From: Octopus sinensis
Lineage: Eukaryota
Reading direction: 5' to 3'
DNA length: 64,000 nt
Assembly (NCBI RefSeq): GCF_006345805.1
Contig: NC_043012.1
Location: 15,996,001 to 16,060,000, forward strand
Below are positions 25,681 to 39,558 of this stretch, one piece after another. The notes under the pieces are model-generated. The model did not search any database, had not been told where the DNA came from, and was given only the letters and a program-made list of their open reading frames with translations. The stretch's first letter is position 1. The number at the start of each line of letters is the position of its first letter. Made by a program: the position numbers and the translations under genes.

Positions 25681-26242
25681 ATCTTACATTTGGCCATCTT
25701 AGTCTAATCATCAAGTATCAGAAAAATAATGAAAGAATCAGAAATCATCACCATTCTACCCTCCTTCATCATCCACGCATTCATAAATGACTCTCAACAA
25801 ACTCGAAATTCACGTCATCAGAAGAAACAATGCAAGAAACAATGAGGGTACCTTTGTTGTGATATGTGTGAATTAATTGAATGAAGCAAAACTAAACAAT
25901 TCGAGGATGGGAAGGAATTGAAGACTAATGTAAACATGAACTGTGAGATAAACGAACTGTTATTTACTGCATCATGGGCCCACAATTCAATGAGAATTAT
26001 ATTGGCTAACGGTACTAAAATTTATACACAATTTAGTGTACATAAGCAAAAAAATCGAAGATTCATCTCATAGAAAGATTCCATTTAGTGACCACCTCGA
26101 CATTTGCATGAAAGAAAAGTTCTAAACTTGTCCATCTTTTTTTTTCAAAATAAGCATTTACGCAATACGGAAAATTCTCTCCAAAAGGTTTGTCATTCTG
26201 TTTCTTTTAGGTTTATTTAAATATTCATATGCGATATAACAT

Positions 26243-26286
<44 letters not shown>

Positions 26287-26302
26287 ACACACACAGGCAC
26301 AT

Positions 26303-26364
<62 letters not shown>

Positions 26365-26441
26365 TTGTTTATCCGCATTTATGTGTCTATCTGTGTATGT
26401 ATTCATGATTACATATATATATATATATACTTATATATATA

Positions 26442-27145
26442 CAGGGGTTGCAGAAAATAATGGAAACACCTAGCAACATAGTATCAGAATTTTGAAATAT
26501 CTATAAAACCGTCAAAAGCTTGTTTATTTTTTTGTTTTGGGGGGAGATTTATTACTAGCGTTTCTTAATACTTTTTGCTAAAATTGCGGTTTCTTTTCAG
26601 ATACCATCAGAAAACGGTAATTAAAATTCATTAAAATGACAGTTCTATCGGACTTTCAAAGAGGTCAAATTGTTGGTGCTCGTATGGCAGGAGCTAGCGT
26701 AACGAAAACAGCCGAAATGTTTGGTGTATCAAGAAGTACTGTCTCAAAAGTAATGACAGGCTTTGAGATAGAGGGGAAAAACCTCCTTGTCGAAACAAAA
26801 CTCCGGAAGAAAGCCAAAACTTTCAGATGAAGACCGTCGGAATCTTATGCGAATTGTCAGAAAGGATCACAAAAGTACAGCTCCCAAAATTATTGCACAA
26901 CTTAATGACCACCTCGAGAACACATTTGCACACAACATGTTTGCCGGGTGCTGCACAAAGTCAGATTTCTCAGAGAGCTGTAATCAGAAAACCACTACAT
27001 TCAAAATCAAAAATGCAAAGCGTTTAGAGTGGTGGATGAATGTTATTTTTTCTGATAAGTCATCATTTACCTTGTTTCCGACTACCAGCCGAGTACACAT
27101 GTGGAGACAGCCAAAAGAAGAATTTGACACAGACTGTCTTCTGAA
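26442..27145 (+). mobile_element. Tc1 transposon, 5' part (truncated)
   Basis: TA|CAGGGGTTGCAGAAAATAATGGAAACAC TIR; paired-like HTH LSDFQRGQIVGARMAGASVTKTAEMFGVSRSTVSKVM, GRKPKLS, NVIFSDKSSF; frameshift at ~26787. Confidence 0.9.
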
Positions 27146-27149
27146 TCTG

Positions 27150-27410
27150 TTTGTGGGCGGACAGTACGGTGTTTGAAACTTCTCAGCAATGAACTGCATG
27201 TTATTTTCATCAGCCCACTTGTATAAAGTATTCAGGTTTTTCTGCTGTTTTAGGATGTCACCAGGGTCCTTGAACGGCTGTGATACTTTTGTATCATCAG
27301 CATGGCTGGTGATTGTATGGCTGAAAGCATATCTGAGAGTTATCACAAATACTGGTGGTCCCACTACAGTTCCCTAAAGGACTTCGCTGAGAACTGATGC
27401 CAACCCAGAG
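27150..27410 (-). mobile_element. CR1/L2-like RT fragment abutting the truncated Tc1
   Basis: *GTVVGPPVFVI...HADDTKVSQ...LNTLYKWADENNMQFIAEKFQ. Confidence 0.75.
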
Positions 27411-30400
27411 AGCAAGCGAGCGAGCGAGAGAGAAAGAGAGAGAGAGAAAGAGAGAGAGAGAAAGAGAGAGAGAGAAAGAGAGAGAGAGAAAGAGAGAGAG
27501 AGAATGAAAGAGGGGGTGAGACAGAGCACTGTTGTCTCTTTACCGTCTGAAATCCAGTCCCGCCGACTTCAATTAAAGTACCAGTTAGATACTGGGGTCA
27601 ATGTAATCCGCTGACTCCCACCTCCTAAAAATCACCTGATTTGTGTCAAAAATCAGAAAGAACTATTACGATTCTTGTTTTTGCTGCAAAACTTCTAAAT
27701 TTACATGTTACTCTCTTGTATCATAATCATAAGTGTATTCCATAATTTCTTTATTAATCTTATTCTATAAAAATGAATAATTTTTTTTTATGTTACTTTA
27801 ATGTTCCTCATATATTTTATGTTACTTTTAAATATATATCTTTTTCCTCATATATTATCCATTTATAGACTTCATTTTGGTTTTGGTCATACAGTTGTTA
27901 TTTTTCCCATTTCACTTTCATGGTGAATCCACGATAATTTTAGTCTTCTTTTAATATTATGTATTTTGTTTATTACCGTTTTAAAATTATCTTTTTTGTT
28001 TAATTAATCTCCATATTTAATTATACTCTATTTTAACTCTGTATAATCCATTAATTCTCTTTTATTGTCATTTTAGTTTTAGTTTTATATCTTCTTGTTA
28101 TTTTCTACTCTTGATTCTTGTATTAAATAGGACATAGTTTCCAATATGGAAATAAACCAAACATACAATGTTTTGTTTTTTCTTTTTACATTTGAACAGA
28201 TCTAATGGGCGAATTTATTATAGCTCCATATTTTCTTTATTTATAGTTTGTTCTTTTCATAAATTTTTACAATTTTTCTGTTATTCATTTTCCATTGGTA
28301 TTCATATTTCTATAAGAAACCATGTTCTTCCTGACATAATGATAATCATTAATATTTTCATTGAGTCTTGACGGTTGTTTGCATATATTATTTACTTTTT
28401 GAAATTGGGTGTTTGCTTTTTGATTATGTTCTCTTCTTCAAACATAGAATTATACTTTGACTAACAATATTCCCATCATTTTCATCCCCACCCAAGATTC
28501 TTCTGTCATTTCAATAAATATAACTGACAATAACAAGAATGACGATAGCTATAATAGTAAAAGCAAGACAAGACTGAATTAAGAATTTCCATTTTCTATT
28601 TCTAAATCTAAAATTTAGCCCATTCATCTCAGAAGCACAGTGCAGGAAGTAATATGAACTGTCAAGAAAAAAACCTGTATAAACACTAAGCATTACTTTC
28701 AATTAAATTTCTTGTATACTGGCACACACAGACGCACATATGCACACACACACTGCATGTGTGTGTAAGCATATAAATCTTCAGTTATTATAGATAGATA
28801 AACATTTATTTATCACTTAGCTGATGTTCTTTTATTCAAGTGCAGTCATGCTGGGACATTGTCTTCCAAGGTCAATTATTTTACTGACTTCGGGAAATGA
28901 AAGGTTAAGTGGACTAATGCACAATTTGAACTAAATGTTATAGCAATAACAGAAGTTATTGCAAGAAAATCAAGCTAAGACTGAATCATACTTTTCTATT
29001 TCTATTTTATTTTAAAATCATCCTTTCCTATTCTATTTTAAAATGTAAAATGGGAGTATTTTCATGTATAAAGGAACGTACCTATATACCACACGGTCTT
29101 TAGGCGCGTAACTTTTTCATCTTGCATAGGGGACGTTGCAAGAATTATCTTCGCACACATTCGTACAGTGTTTGGTTGCTATTAAAAATATTTCTTCTGG
29201 TGATTTTTACATACTCATTGTCGTTGTGTCTGTGGGTACTTGTTTCGTTATCGCTCCTCAGCTCTGAAACCAAATGTTTTAATAAAATATCTCGTCTGTG
29301 GTGTGAATTCAGTGCTCATGCATACATCTCCCAAAGCTATTTTTTAATTTCTTTTGTAATAAATATTATATAGAGGTTTATATATTGCCTCGTTCTTCAG
29401 GAACCCATTTGCTTGGAGTTAAACTGTTAAGTATTTTTTGTTCAAAGAAACTATGTGGTCTTTTGTATATCAGCTTTCCTTGCAATTTAGCAAATTTTTC
29501 TATCCGCATGACTTTTGATTTCGAATAGCACTTCTTGTACTTATCTAATTTTGTTTTTATTTATTTATTTAAGGGTTAGTAAATGAGGTATTACACTCGT
29601 GAGACATGTGCTTCTATTACTACCCCATAGGTTCTCCATGAGGTAGTAATAGAAGAAAAAGGGCAATGGGTCAGGAGCTTGTCTTATTCTTTCGATGAAG
29701 TTTTTGTCCAGAGCCTATAATTTTTTTTATATATTTGCCCTCCAATTTAGTGCCAATACATTTTTACTTTTCGCCTTCAGTTAGTGATAGCTATTCAACC
29801 AAAAGTTCACCAATCAACTATTACACCTGCCTCACGAGTCGTTGTAGGCGTTAGCATAATTTTCTGACTACCGTTTAGTGCTGACTGCGCAGTAAAAAAT
29901 TAAAAAAATTCTAGCCTTAACTTACCCATCTTGTATTTCCAAGATTACATTCTGCAACAAATATATATTTTTAAGACTGTAGGATGTGTTTTAAGCAGAA
30001 TTTGGCTGCTATTTCCAGCAGTTGGGACGACCACATAGAGATAAATTCTTTAGCTCATTTCGGAGGGGACTTATTTATTAGAAAGCTCGTAAATTATATA
30101 CAATGAATGAAGGAGAACCAAATGTAAAAGTATGTGTCATTCTATAGATATAAAGAACAACAACCATATTGGAGATATCACTTTTATTGCAAGTACATAG
30201 CCTACAACTTCAGTAAAACGATATATCATTCTAGCAATCAGAAGCAGAGTGGAGTTCCGGACCAAAATGTATCTTTCTAGCTAACCTGAAGTGTGAGAGT
30301 ATGTTGATGGGTTGCGTTAACTGTTGACAACATGCAGATTGATGCAGCGGAACAGGATAGAATAATAATATAATAATAATAATAATAATAATAGAAATAA

Positions 30401-32199
30401 TCTGATGGGACTCGAGTGGTGTCTAACAAAACCTTCCCGTACATTTTCTAATTTCTTTTCAAATTATTCATAAAGCAGATTATTTAAAGATTTCTTACGC
30501 TTCAAAACATGCTGTTATTACAGATACAATGATTTCAATAACGTTTTGTGAAATATTTTCATGCATTTGTTTTATTATAGAGATCGTCGGATTATACAGC
30601 TAATTACTATATTTACGGATTACTTTCTATTGTTTTATGCCTCACTACTTATTGAGGCTATGTTATGAAGATATTAAATCTTAATTGAGGTAATGAGTTA
30701 TTTATTAACTTATTATGTTTCTAGCAACCTGAAATATTTATTGAATACTTCTTTGCTTTTTTGGTAATTACCGAAGCTTATGAAGATGCACAAACGAGTA
30801 ATTTCCTCTGTTAAAGTAATAATAGGAAACTCATTCATAATTTCATTAAAGACATCTGATCATAGAAATTTGATAACAAAAACTCATGTACGTAATAATA
30901 AATTTTATTATCATCATACATCATCATGTTTGCGGCGATTCATATAAATTTGCATTTCTTGGGTATCACTTCTTACAGAGATATTAATTTAATCATTTAC
31001 AATTCTCTGATTTCTGAAGCATTCATACATTACACTCGCCTATCAAATGATGTTGAGCGAATAATATCTCACTATTAAATCATTATTATTTACATCATGG
31101 AACACTAATGAATTTAAGCATAACTTGGCTCTGTTGGAAGCCTAAGCGATTTTAACTGAAATATGTTTGATCCATAAGTAAGGCGTCAACAGAATTGTGT
31201 TTGGAACACTGATAAATAGAAAGAGAAACGGAGAAGTGATGAAGGGAGAATTAATAGAGAAAAATTGAAATAAAAACTTAAACAGAGAAATAATATTAAT
31301 AAGGCAAGGTTTCAGAAACAGTGAAAATAAGGAATAAAAATAATGTAAAGAAAATGGATGAGAGAAAATAATAAGGAAAAAAGTGTAGAAGATGAAGTAA
31401 AATGGAAGCCAAAGGTTTGTAGATGTAAGCGAAACAAGAAGCTAAGCCATATAGAGAAAAAAAGCCCAGAGGGGATTCATTATTTATCACAACGGTGATA
31501 GACTAAATACGATTATTTAATAAACAATTAGTTACAAGCTCAATAGAAAGCTATCCACACACGCTCGCACGCGAGTGTGTGTATATGTATGTGTGTGTGT
31601 GTGTGTTTGTGTGTGTGTGTTTGTTTGTTTGTGTGTGTGTGTGTGGTGTGTGTGTGTGTGTGTGGTGTGTGTGTGTGTGTGTGTGTACGTATATACATTA
31701 TGCGCGTGATAGATCAGGAAATGTAATATTTCGTGACTGGTGAAGAGTGGTGATATTTCGGCGCCGTAGCAAGTCAGAAAGCATCGGCACTGGTGTGATA
31801 TCAAGGGTTTCATTCCTTTAAAATCTAATGTCCCTAAGGTGAGAGATTACTCTGTGTATCAGATCCAACGTTTTGAATTTGTGTCGCTTGAACCAGGATA
31901 TTTAGACACTAAGAAATTAAATAAATTGTCCTCTAATGCTGACAGATCTCTCATTGAGAGAAATTGCTGGCTGCTTCAGTATGTAGGACTCTTCACTGAG
32001 ACAAAGCCTGTAATTTCATGATCTGATGAAATATGGAGTAACTTTATTGATAATGCTCTAATTTACAGAGGGGTGTTTAGATCCCTGGCCTCTCGGTCGC
32101 CAGATAAATTGATATAGGTAAATGGAATTTTGCCGTTCCTTGATTTAAAGGAGTGAACATGTTGATGAATAGCACGCAACAGACACTTGGTGGAAGAAC

Positions 32200-32380
32200 G
32201 GCCTTATGGATCCTAACTTGGCTTGGATGCTGATATTCTTCTCGCCCAGAAAACCTGGAGATGTCTTCTACGCAATGTTAGGAGAGTACAGGAGGCGGTA
32301 GAAAAAGCCAGTTTCTATATATGGGTGAAGCGGGAAGACCAAAAATGGCTTGAAAGTCATAACATGCCTGCGGGAAATAA
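32200..32380 (+). mobile_element. Possible RLE-type (HERO-like) LINE C-terminal remnant
   Basis: Peptide LRNVRRVQEAVEKASFYIWVKREDQKW resembles the A.EKAS..IW.KR...W end of these ORFs; GC-richer 3' UTR-like sequence follows to ~32820. Confidence 0.4.
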
Positions 32381-33415
32381 CATCATTAGGTGAGACAAGC
32401 TGACACTGAATCAGCTTCGCTGACTGACAGGTGATGGTCGTTTAGAGAATGCGCGGGCTAAGACTACGCGCCTTCACTAGTCAGTTAAGGTGAGACAGTG
32501 TCACGTGACAACTTGCTGGGGCTGCCAGCTGGAGGCTAGGGGCAGGTATTTAAAGGGAAAAATTTGACAAGTCAGTCAGTCACCGGCTGACACTCGCTTT
32601 CGATACACCGAAGAGGCTAGGGAACAGAAAAAGACATGCACCCAACACCAGAGCTGAAGACACCTCTGAAAGAGGGTGGGGGCGCCACGTCAAAACGGTA
32701 GAGGAGTAGGGGCCGAAACCGGACGTAGTTCCTCCTGATGATGTCTTGAGCTAACTGGACCCTATAAAGGAGCTGTTGTGGTAGCAGACCACGAAACACG
32801 GTTGTAATCCCCCCCGACAATTCTGCTTTTCACTTCACTGACAGTGAAGACGATTCTGGGAGAGTGGTACTGAGATGTATGAACCAGCAAAAAGGGCTCT
32901 ACCGTCTCCTCATTGATCGTCAATGCAGGTGACATCTACTATTGTGTGTGACTGCTATATATGATTTCAATTTACTTTGATCGAACAGACTTATGACCAA
33001 AGAGGAACTAGTAATAATCATCTTGCTTATATCTCAGATATAGTTAATTTTTATCACATTAGGGAAGGCCTCCTTACTTTTTAAAATAACTGTGTATTTA
33101 AGTAAGATTTGTATGCTATTCATGTTGGTCTGAGTGAGCATAGAGAAGTAATCACTTGACCAAAAGTGTGAGTCTTTATTAGAGACGAAATACGGTGATG
33201 CGTTGACTCGTAGCGTAGTAAGCTTTTATGTAGACGTTATACAAATGTATCACACAGAGCTCACAGTCAGCACCACTCTGTTATCATATTAAAGTTTATA
33301 AACTGAAGGATAGTAGAAGTGAAAATATCTCTAGTTATTCGAGCATAATATATATTGCATTGACATATACCAATAGTTACAACGTGACTCTTATTGAAAA
33401 GAAAAAGCTTTACAA

Positions 33416-33748
33416 TGTGGTCTCAACCGGAGTCCATATGGCTTTCGGGAGTCCATGTAATATTTTGGGGATCCTTACAAGCCAAATACCAAATTGGGAA
33501 TCCTCAGAAGTATTTTAGGGGTCCATGAAAAAAATTGCTTTAGATGCATTTATTACAAGAAACAGCTAGAATTCTTTCTCTAACACCATGCATAGTTCAA
33601 ACTATGTGAATGCGTGAGAAAATAGAATAGGAATTTTGAAAGAGGTATCTATAAAACTAGTTTTTTAACATCGAATGATTATGGGGGCCCACCAGAATAG
33701 AATAATAATCGAAGAGTTCTATAGGTAAAAAATGGTTGAGAACCACTG
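33416..33748. mobile_element. hAT-type MITE
   Basis: TIRs (tg)tggtctcaacc / ggttgagaaccactg; 8-bp TSD CTTTACAA at 33408-33415 and 33749-33756. Confidence 0.8.
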
Positions 33749-34448
33749 CTTTACAACTTGATACATAACCATGGTCAATGAACATAAAAGGTAATTGTAA
33801 GTCATTCTGTATCCAGGTCAACATTTCTGTTAAAGAAATTCAAATAAACTAGAAAATTTCGGATTACGGTGGGCATGTTCATCATTGATATTTGACAATT
33901 TTTGCACTGTACATTGAACACTTATTATTCCAATCACCTGATAACCACCCTCGACAACAACTGGAATAAAGCTCATTACAAATTCTCTAGTAAATAATGA
34001 GAGGCGGAGGTCAGAATCAACTCAGTTCTTCATTCTTCTTCCCTCATACGAATGATCGCAGCATCATCATCGGTACCACAGAATAAGCCATTAATTTTTA
34101 ATGTTTGCATAAATTATACTACATGTTTTAATGGCTCTTTTGTCATCGCCTTTGAAGATACTCGCAGACACAAAAATGTATAATGTATAGTTAAATGTAT
34201 CTCTCATATTCCCTGTACAACCCCTTGCAAAGGCGAGAATATTAGAGGCAGCAATGATATCATCTTTGAACGAATATACACATTCTATTTGCGTTGAAGA
34301 AAAAAACATGTCATCAGCTATATATAGGAAACATTCGCTGTTGCAGAAAGCTTCCGGAGTGAATATAAGCTCGGCGTACTTAATTGGAATAACATTAAAA
34401 TGAAATGGCAATCTATGATATGCTGACTTAAAAACTCAGAATATATGG

Positions 34449-34711
34449 GAGCGAGACAAACATCGTCCCATCTGTAACCACGAAGAACACAAGGTGCATT
34501 TCGGTTTCCTTCGTTGAGTCTTATAAATGAAGTGTGGCCCCTAATTACAGCTCCGATGTTTTGTTCAACCTAGCGGTTTTCCGCAATGGCAGGGAATGCA
34601 TTGTTAACTCCTATACATCGGAGGATGGAGAGATTTCGTTTCGACATGTAACTCACAAGTACACCTCTTGAGTTCTTGTGGGTCATGGCTGGGACGATGT
34701 TTGTCTCGTTC
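34449..34711. repeat. Unclassified inverted-repeat element (~40-bp arms)
   Basis: gagcgagacaaacatcgtccca vs tgggacgatgtttgtctcgttc (21/22 match), weaker out to 40 bp; no clear TSD. Confidence 0.7.
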
Positions 34712-36024
34712 AGATATACATTATTTTCGACACACGTCTATGAAGAGATTTTCTCCGAGATGAAAACATGCTTGTTAACACTGTATATACGTTTGGTATG
34801 ATTATATGTATGTATGTATGTATGCATGTATGTATGTATGTATGTATGTATGTATGTATGTATGTATGTATGTATGTATGTATGTATGTATGTATGTATG
34901 TATGTATGTATGTATGCATGTACCTATGTATCCACTTAATATCAGTACCTAAAATTATCGATATAGATCATTGGTGATCGATGACTGTATGTATATCAAT
35001 TTAAACGTATATCAATGTATATGTTTATATGCATTGAAATGTATTTGGTTTTGAATAACATTATGTTCAACCGTATTGAAAAAGATATAAGCATTCATTA
35101 GCCGAATGTAAATGAGAAACTGAATTTCCACTGGGAGAGCAGTCGTCCTTAAGAACTACTGATGGATTAATGGCACGTGAATATGCCTTAAAGATAATTA
35201 GATAAGCTCGGCATATTTCCCTTTACAATTCGTCTATCTTGCTAATTATCTATGTATTCAGCTACATCGACCATAATTTATCTGATTAAATAAATAGCCG
35301 CCTAGTTGCTTTCTGTGAAATGCTACCTATAGATGTTTAAGTATTGATACTGAAATCGGAAGGAGAGATAGTATCTTACACAAGTATGCATGCAGTGATT
35401 GAAATTCAATGGTGTCTTTTACATTTATTCTTATCTATTCTTTGAGTAGGTGGCTTTGTAAGATCTACGCATTAATTCTTTGTTTTTGTTTTCATGATAT
35501 CATTAATAAAATGTGGCATTTGTTACCTCTGATTGAATAGCAACGATCTTGAGGGAGTATTTTCGGAACGACTATACGAGTTTGGTAAATTGCTTTTAAT
35601 TGTTGCAACCCCCCTCCCCAAAAAAGACAAACATAAGCATTGTTTTAAATAAACTTTTAAACTGAAAGCTGATATGTTGCTGACATTATGGAAAAATAAC
35701 TGCTACATTGCTCTGGGAAGGTGCCAAGGGCAGCGTATCAAAATTATTATTCTTAAAATTTAAGTAGGTGACATATAACGTTCAGCAGAACAATTTACAG
35801 AGTAGCTTGCGTTTAGCGTATAAGGAGTAGCAGGACAGCTGCCACTATTATGGATTGATAGATATAAAACAGAGGTCCGATCGTGTAAGCTTTCTCTATT
35901 ATATCTCATAGCATGCAATTAAAGACTTCATTATAAAGATACATGCATAATTATTATCACATATAAATCGAAGTTTACAGCCGAAATTATATTGCTATTT
36001 CAGGTCGTGCATATAATCCTGTAG

Positions 36025-36057
<33 letters not shown>

Positions 36058-36061
36058 ACAT

Positions 36062-36135
36062 AATTATTTATGTTATATAATATTATGTTATGTTGTATAA
36101 ATAAATTATTGGATTGTCAATAGTATATCTCTATA

Positions 36136-36170
<35 letters not shown>

Positions 36171-36556
36171 TATGTTCTCTCTTTATTTGAGAACATACTC
36201 TTTGTGGAAAATAGTGATTTGACGTCTATATCTAGCATGTTGACTGTCCACTTTTCGTGTTTAGTCCTTTAAATTTTGTATGTAAAAATATTTTAATCTT
36301 TGGATTCTTTTTAATATGCTGGGCCACTGGTTTTAATTGACTAATATCAATTTCTACCCTTATTAAATTATATATATATATATAAATTAAATATAGAGAT
36401 ATACTATTGACAATCCAATAATTTATTTATATAACATAAAATAATATTATATAACATAAATAATTATGAAAATTTATTGACTAAACTGGCAATATGACCA
36501 TTCCGAAATATAACAATAAATTATGAAAACCATAAAGGGCCAACAAATTGTTTCGA

Positions 36557-36560
<4 letters not shown>
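36062..36560. repeat. Two tail-to-tail copies of a (TA)n-ending repeat
   Basis: 36062-36140 is the reverse complement of ~36385-36465 (taaattattggattgtcaatagtatatctctatatttaa). Confidence 0.75.
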
Positions 36561-36620
<60 letters not shown>

Positions 36621-37069
36621 TGATATACATAATCACAGTTCGTTTATATATAAAGACACTTCAGGGTCATGCTTTAGAAAAAGACAAAATTCAGTGTGAA
36701 AGGACTGCTGGATTGTAAAAATTAATTCAAATGTCTGTGTTATGAACGTGAGCATTAACTATTCAATCATACATCAATTGCAATTAAAAAAAACAACAAT
36801 AAAAACACGTGTAACTGCAACAACAAATATAAACAATCACATCTTCAATTGATCAACTCTTTTATATATTTAAATTAATTGGTATATAAAACTTATCGTT
36901 TAAATTAACTAATATTGATCTATATTTATGATTTTCTATTGGTGGATGATTCCGTAGTAGACATGAATAGAAACCTAGTGAAAATTTCTCTCTTTGTTTA
37001 CTTAATCTATCGCAGGGAGAATTCCGTAACCAAAATACCCCACACCATATACATACATACATACATACA

Positions 37070-37103
<34 letters not shown>

Positions 37104-37220
37104 CATACATGCATACATACGTACATACATGCATACATACATACATACATACATACATGCATACATACGTACATACATACATACATACATACATACATAC
37201 ATACATACATACATGCATGC

Positions 37221-37270
<50 letters not shown>

Positions 37271-37274
<4 letters not shown>

Positions 37275-38030
37275 GAAATATTAAAATTACTAAGTCTCTC
37301 TAAAAGAGAACAGCGGCAGCGTTCCCGGAAAATAATAGTTATCGCCATACTAATATGGCATTCTTATAAAAATAAGAATAAAGCTGTCCGCTTATTGGCT
37401 CCATGAGGCCATCGCCTTAAGTTAGCTATTTGATACACAACTGTATCCATATAACCTTCGAACAAGGGAGGTCAGTCGCTCCACACTACTTGACCGGCAG
37501 CTACAGACGCGTTTCGGGGTATTGCCCCTTTTCAATGCAGCGTAGCCAGCCAGTAGGTGTCGCTTCCGACAATCTCTGTTCGATGGTTTTATTTACCTAG
37601 TTTCGGTGGAATACATCCACTTGTTTTCAATAATAGAAATATTAAAATTACTAAGTCTCTCTAAAAGAGAACAGCGGCAGCGTTCCCGGAAAATAATAGT
37701 TATCGCCATACTAATATGGCATTCTTATAAAAATAAGAATAAAGCTGTCCATTTATTAGCTCCATGAGGCCATCGCCTTAAGTTAGCTATTTGATACACA
37801 AACTGTATCCATATAACCTTCGAACAAGGGAGGTCAGTCGCTCCACACTACTTGACCGGTAATACCCCGAAACGCGTCTGTAGCTGCCGGTCAAGTAGTT
37901 CGAAGGTTATATGGATACAGTTTGTGTATCAAATAGCTAACTTAAGGCGATGGCCTCATGGAGCTAATAAGCGGACAGCTTTATTCTTATTTTTATAAGA
38001 ATGCCATATTAGTATGGCGATAACTATTAT
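37271..38030 (-). mobile_element. Retrozyme-like / non-autonomous Penelope-type element (tandem plus inverted repeats)
   Basis: Direct repeats 37271-37498 and 37632-37859 (period 361-362), then an inverted copy 37861-38030; (TA)n on both sides; contains a hammerhead. Confidence 0.75.
37500..37541 (-). ncRNA. Minimal type-I hammerhead ribozyme, U3-A8 variant
   Basis: GCUGCA UUGAAAA GGGG-CAAUA-CCCC GAAA CGCG UC / UGUAGC: 6-bp stem I, 4-bp stem II, palindromic stem III ACGCGU, GUC site (cut between 37506 and 37505). Confidence 0.75.
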
Positions 38031-38055
38031 ATATATATATATATATCTATATATA

Positions 38056-38178
<123 letters not shown>

Positions 38179-38324
38179 CATGGGGAGATCTCCTTCGGTC
38201 ATGAATGACCATGGGATTGCACCTAGAAAGTTACCCTCAGGTATAAGTCCAGGCAAAGTGTTTATGGAAGGCCAGCAGTCGGCCATGCATACCAGCCTTC
38301 ACTCTCCACTGAGCCATGCGTCTT

Positions 38325-38370
<46 letters not shown>

Positions 38371-39410
38371 CATACATACATACATAGATATATACACATA
38401 CATATACACATATATATATATACACACACAGAAAATACAGTTACTCTTAAAGATGCACTGCAAGAATCGACAAGATGCCAAATATTGTGGGCGCAGTAGC
38501 AATTTCATCTCCATTCCGTGTAGTGGTGTTTCACCTATTATTCTCAACAGTGTGACTATTCCGGATTCTATATATTTTCACAGAGTGGATTCCACTGGTG
38601 TTTTCTTGCGAGTGTTGACGGTTTCAGAGCCGCCACTGGGTTCACTTGCATCCATCCAACAGAAGACCTCGACATTTTATTTCACAAGATTGCCCCTAGA
38701 ATAAGACGGTATAATAATGACCACTTTGTATGTGATGGAGTAGGACATTTTAATGATATTCCTTTCGAAAAATGCTACTATATTTATGCTGCAACCTCAG
38801 TTCATCTCAAAATCGGTTATACTTGGGATTCCGGTCGACACACACATTTTCTCTTCTCACATATAATGCCTTCTGGATGTTTCACAAGAAACGGGAGTTT
38901 GGTAGTGTCTCTCTGCAGCATATGTGGTATTCATATGGAGTAGGGTCGCAGCGAAGTTTCAGCAGGGATCTCGCTGAAATCACAGTTTCGGGGTTTTATC
39001 ACGAGATATGGCATCGTGTGAGGTCCCCTTGCAGCACGTCATAGTTGTATCCCAGCTATACGTACATAACCCCTCTTACGTTTTATTACCCTATCACTTC
39101 ATTATCCCTACATTTTCACCAATGATGCTGACGAAATGAGTCGCCTGCATAGTGTTCCGTAATAAGCCCTTCAGGCATACGAAATTAATATTAATGTAAA
39201 TGCTAGGCTGCTTTTTCACTGGAATTGATTTTTGTGAACATCATTCGGTAGCATATCACCGCCTTAAGGGATCTTTCTCTTTATCTTATAACTAAACCTC
39301 TGAAAGAAATGTATCATTATAATCTGGCTTGCGATTGAGATTTGTAGATGCTCAAAGGTTTGATTAATGTTACAGTATTATCTGATGCTAAACTGAAATA
39401 TTGCACTTTG

Positions 39411-39558
39411 GAATGTATATTAGATATTGTTGTAAGTGTGGTGGTACCCTTGCACCCTGAATGTATATTAGATATTGTTGTAAGTGTGGTGGTACCCTTG
39501 CACCCTGAATGTATATTAGATATTGTTGTAAGTGTGGTGGTACCCTTGCACCCTGAAT
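39411..39558. repeat. 48-bp tandem repeat, 3 exact copies
   Basis: Unit gaatgtatattagatattgttgtaagtgtggtggtacccttgcaccct. Confidence 0.95.

Noticed and set aside
32640-32810. Hammerhead-like words (CTGAAGA-CACC..GGTG, GAAAC..CTGATGA, GTGGT..ACCAC-GAAAC)
   Set aside because: No arrangement gives core plus three compatible stems.
37271-38030. CRISPR-like or composite-transposon reading of the direct and inverted repeats
   Set aside because: Repeats are hundreds of bp, there are no unique spacers or cas genes, and the DNA is eukaryotic.
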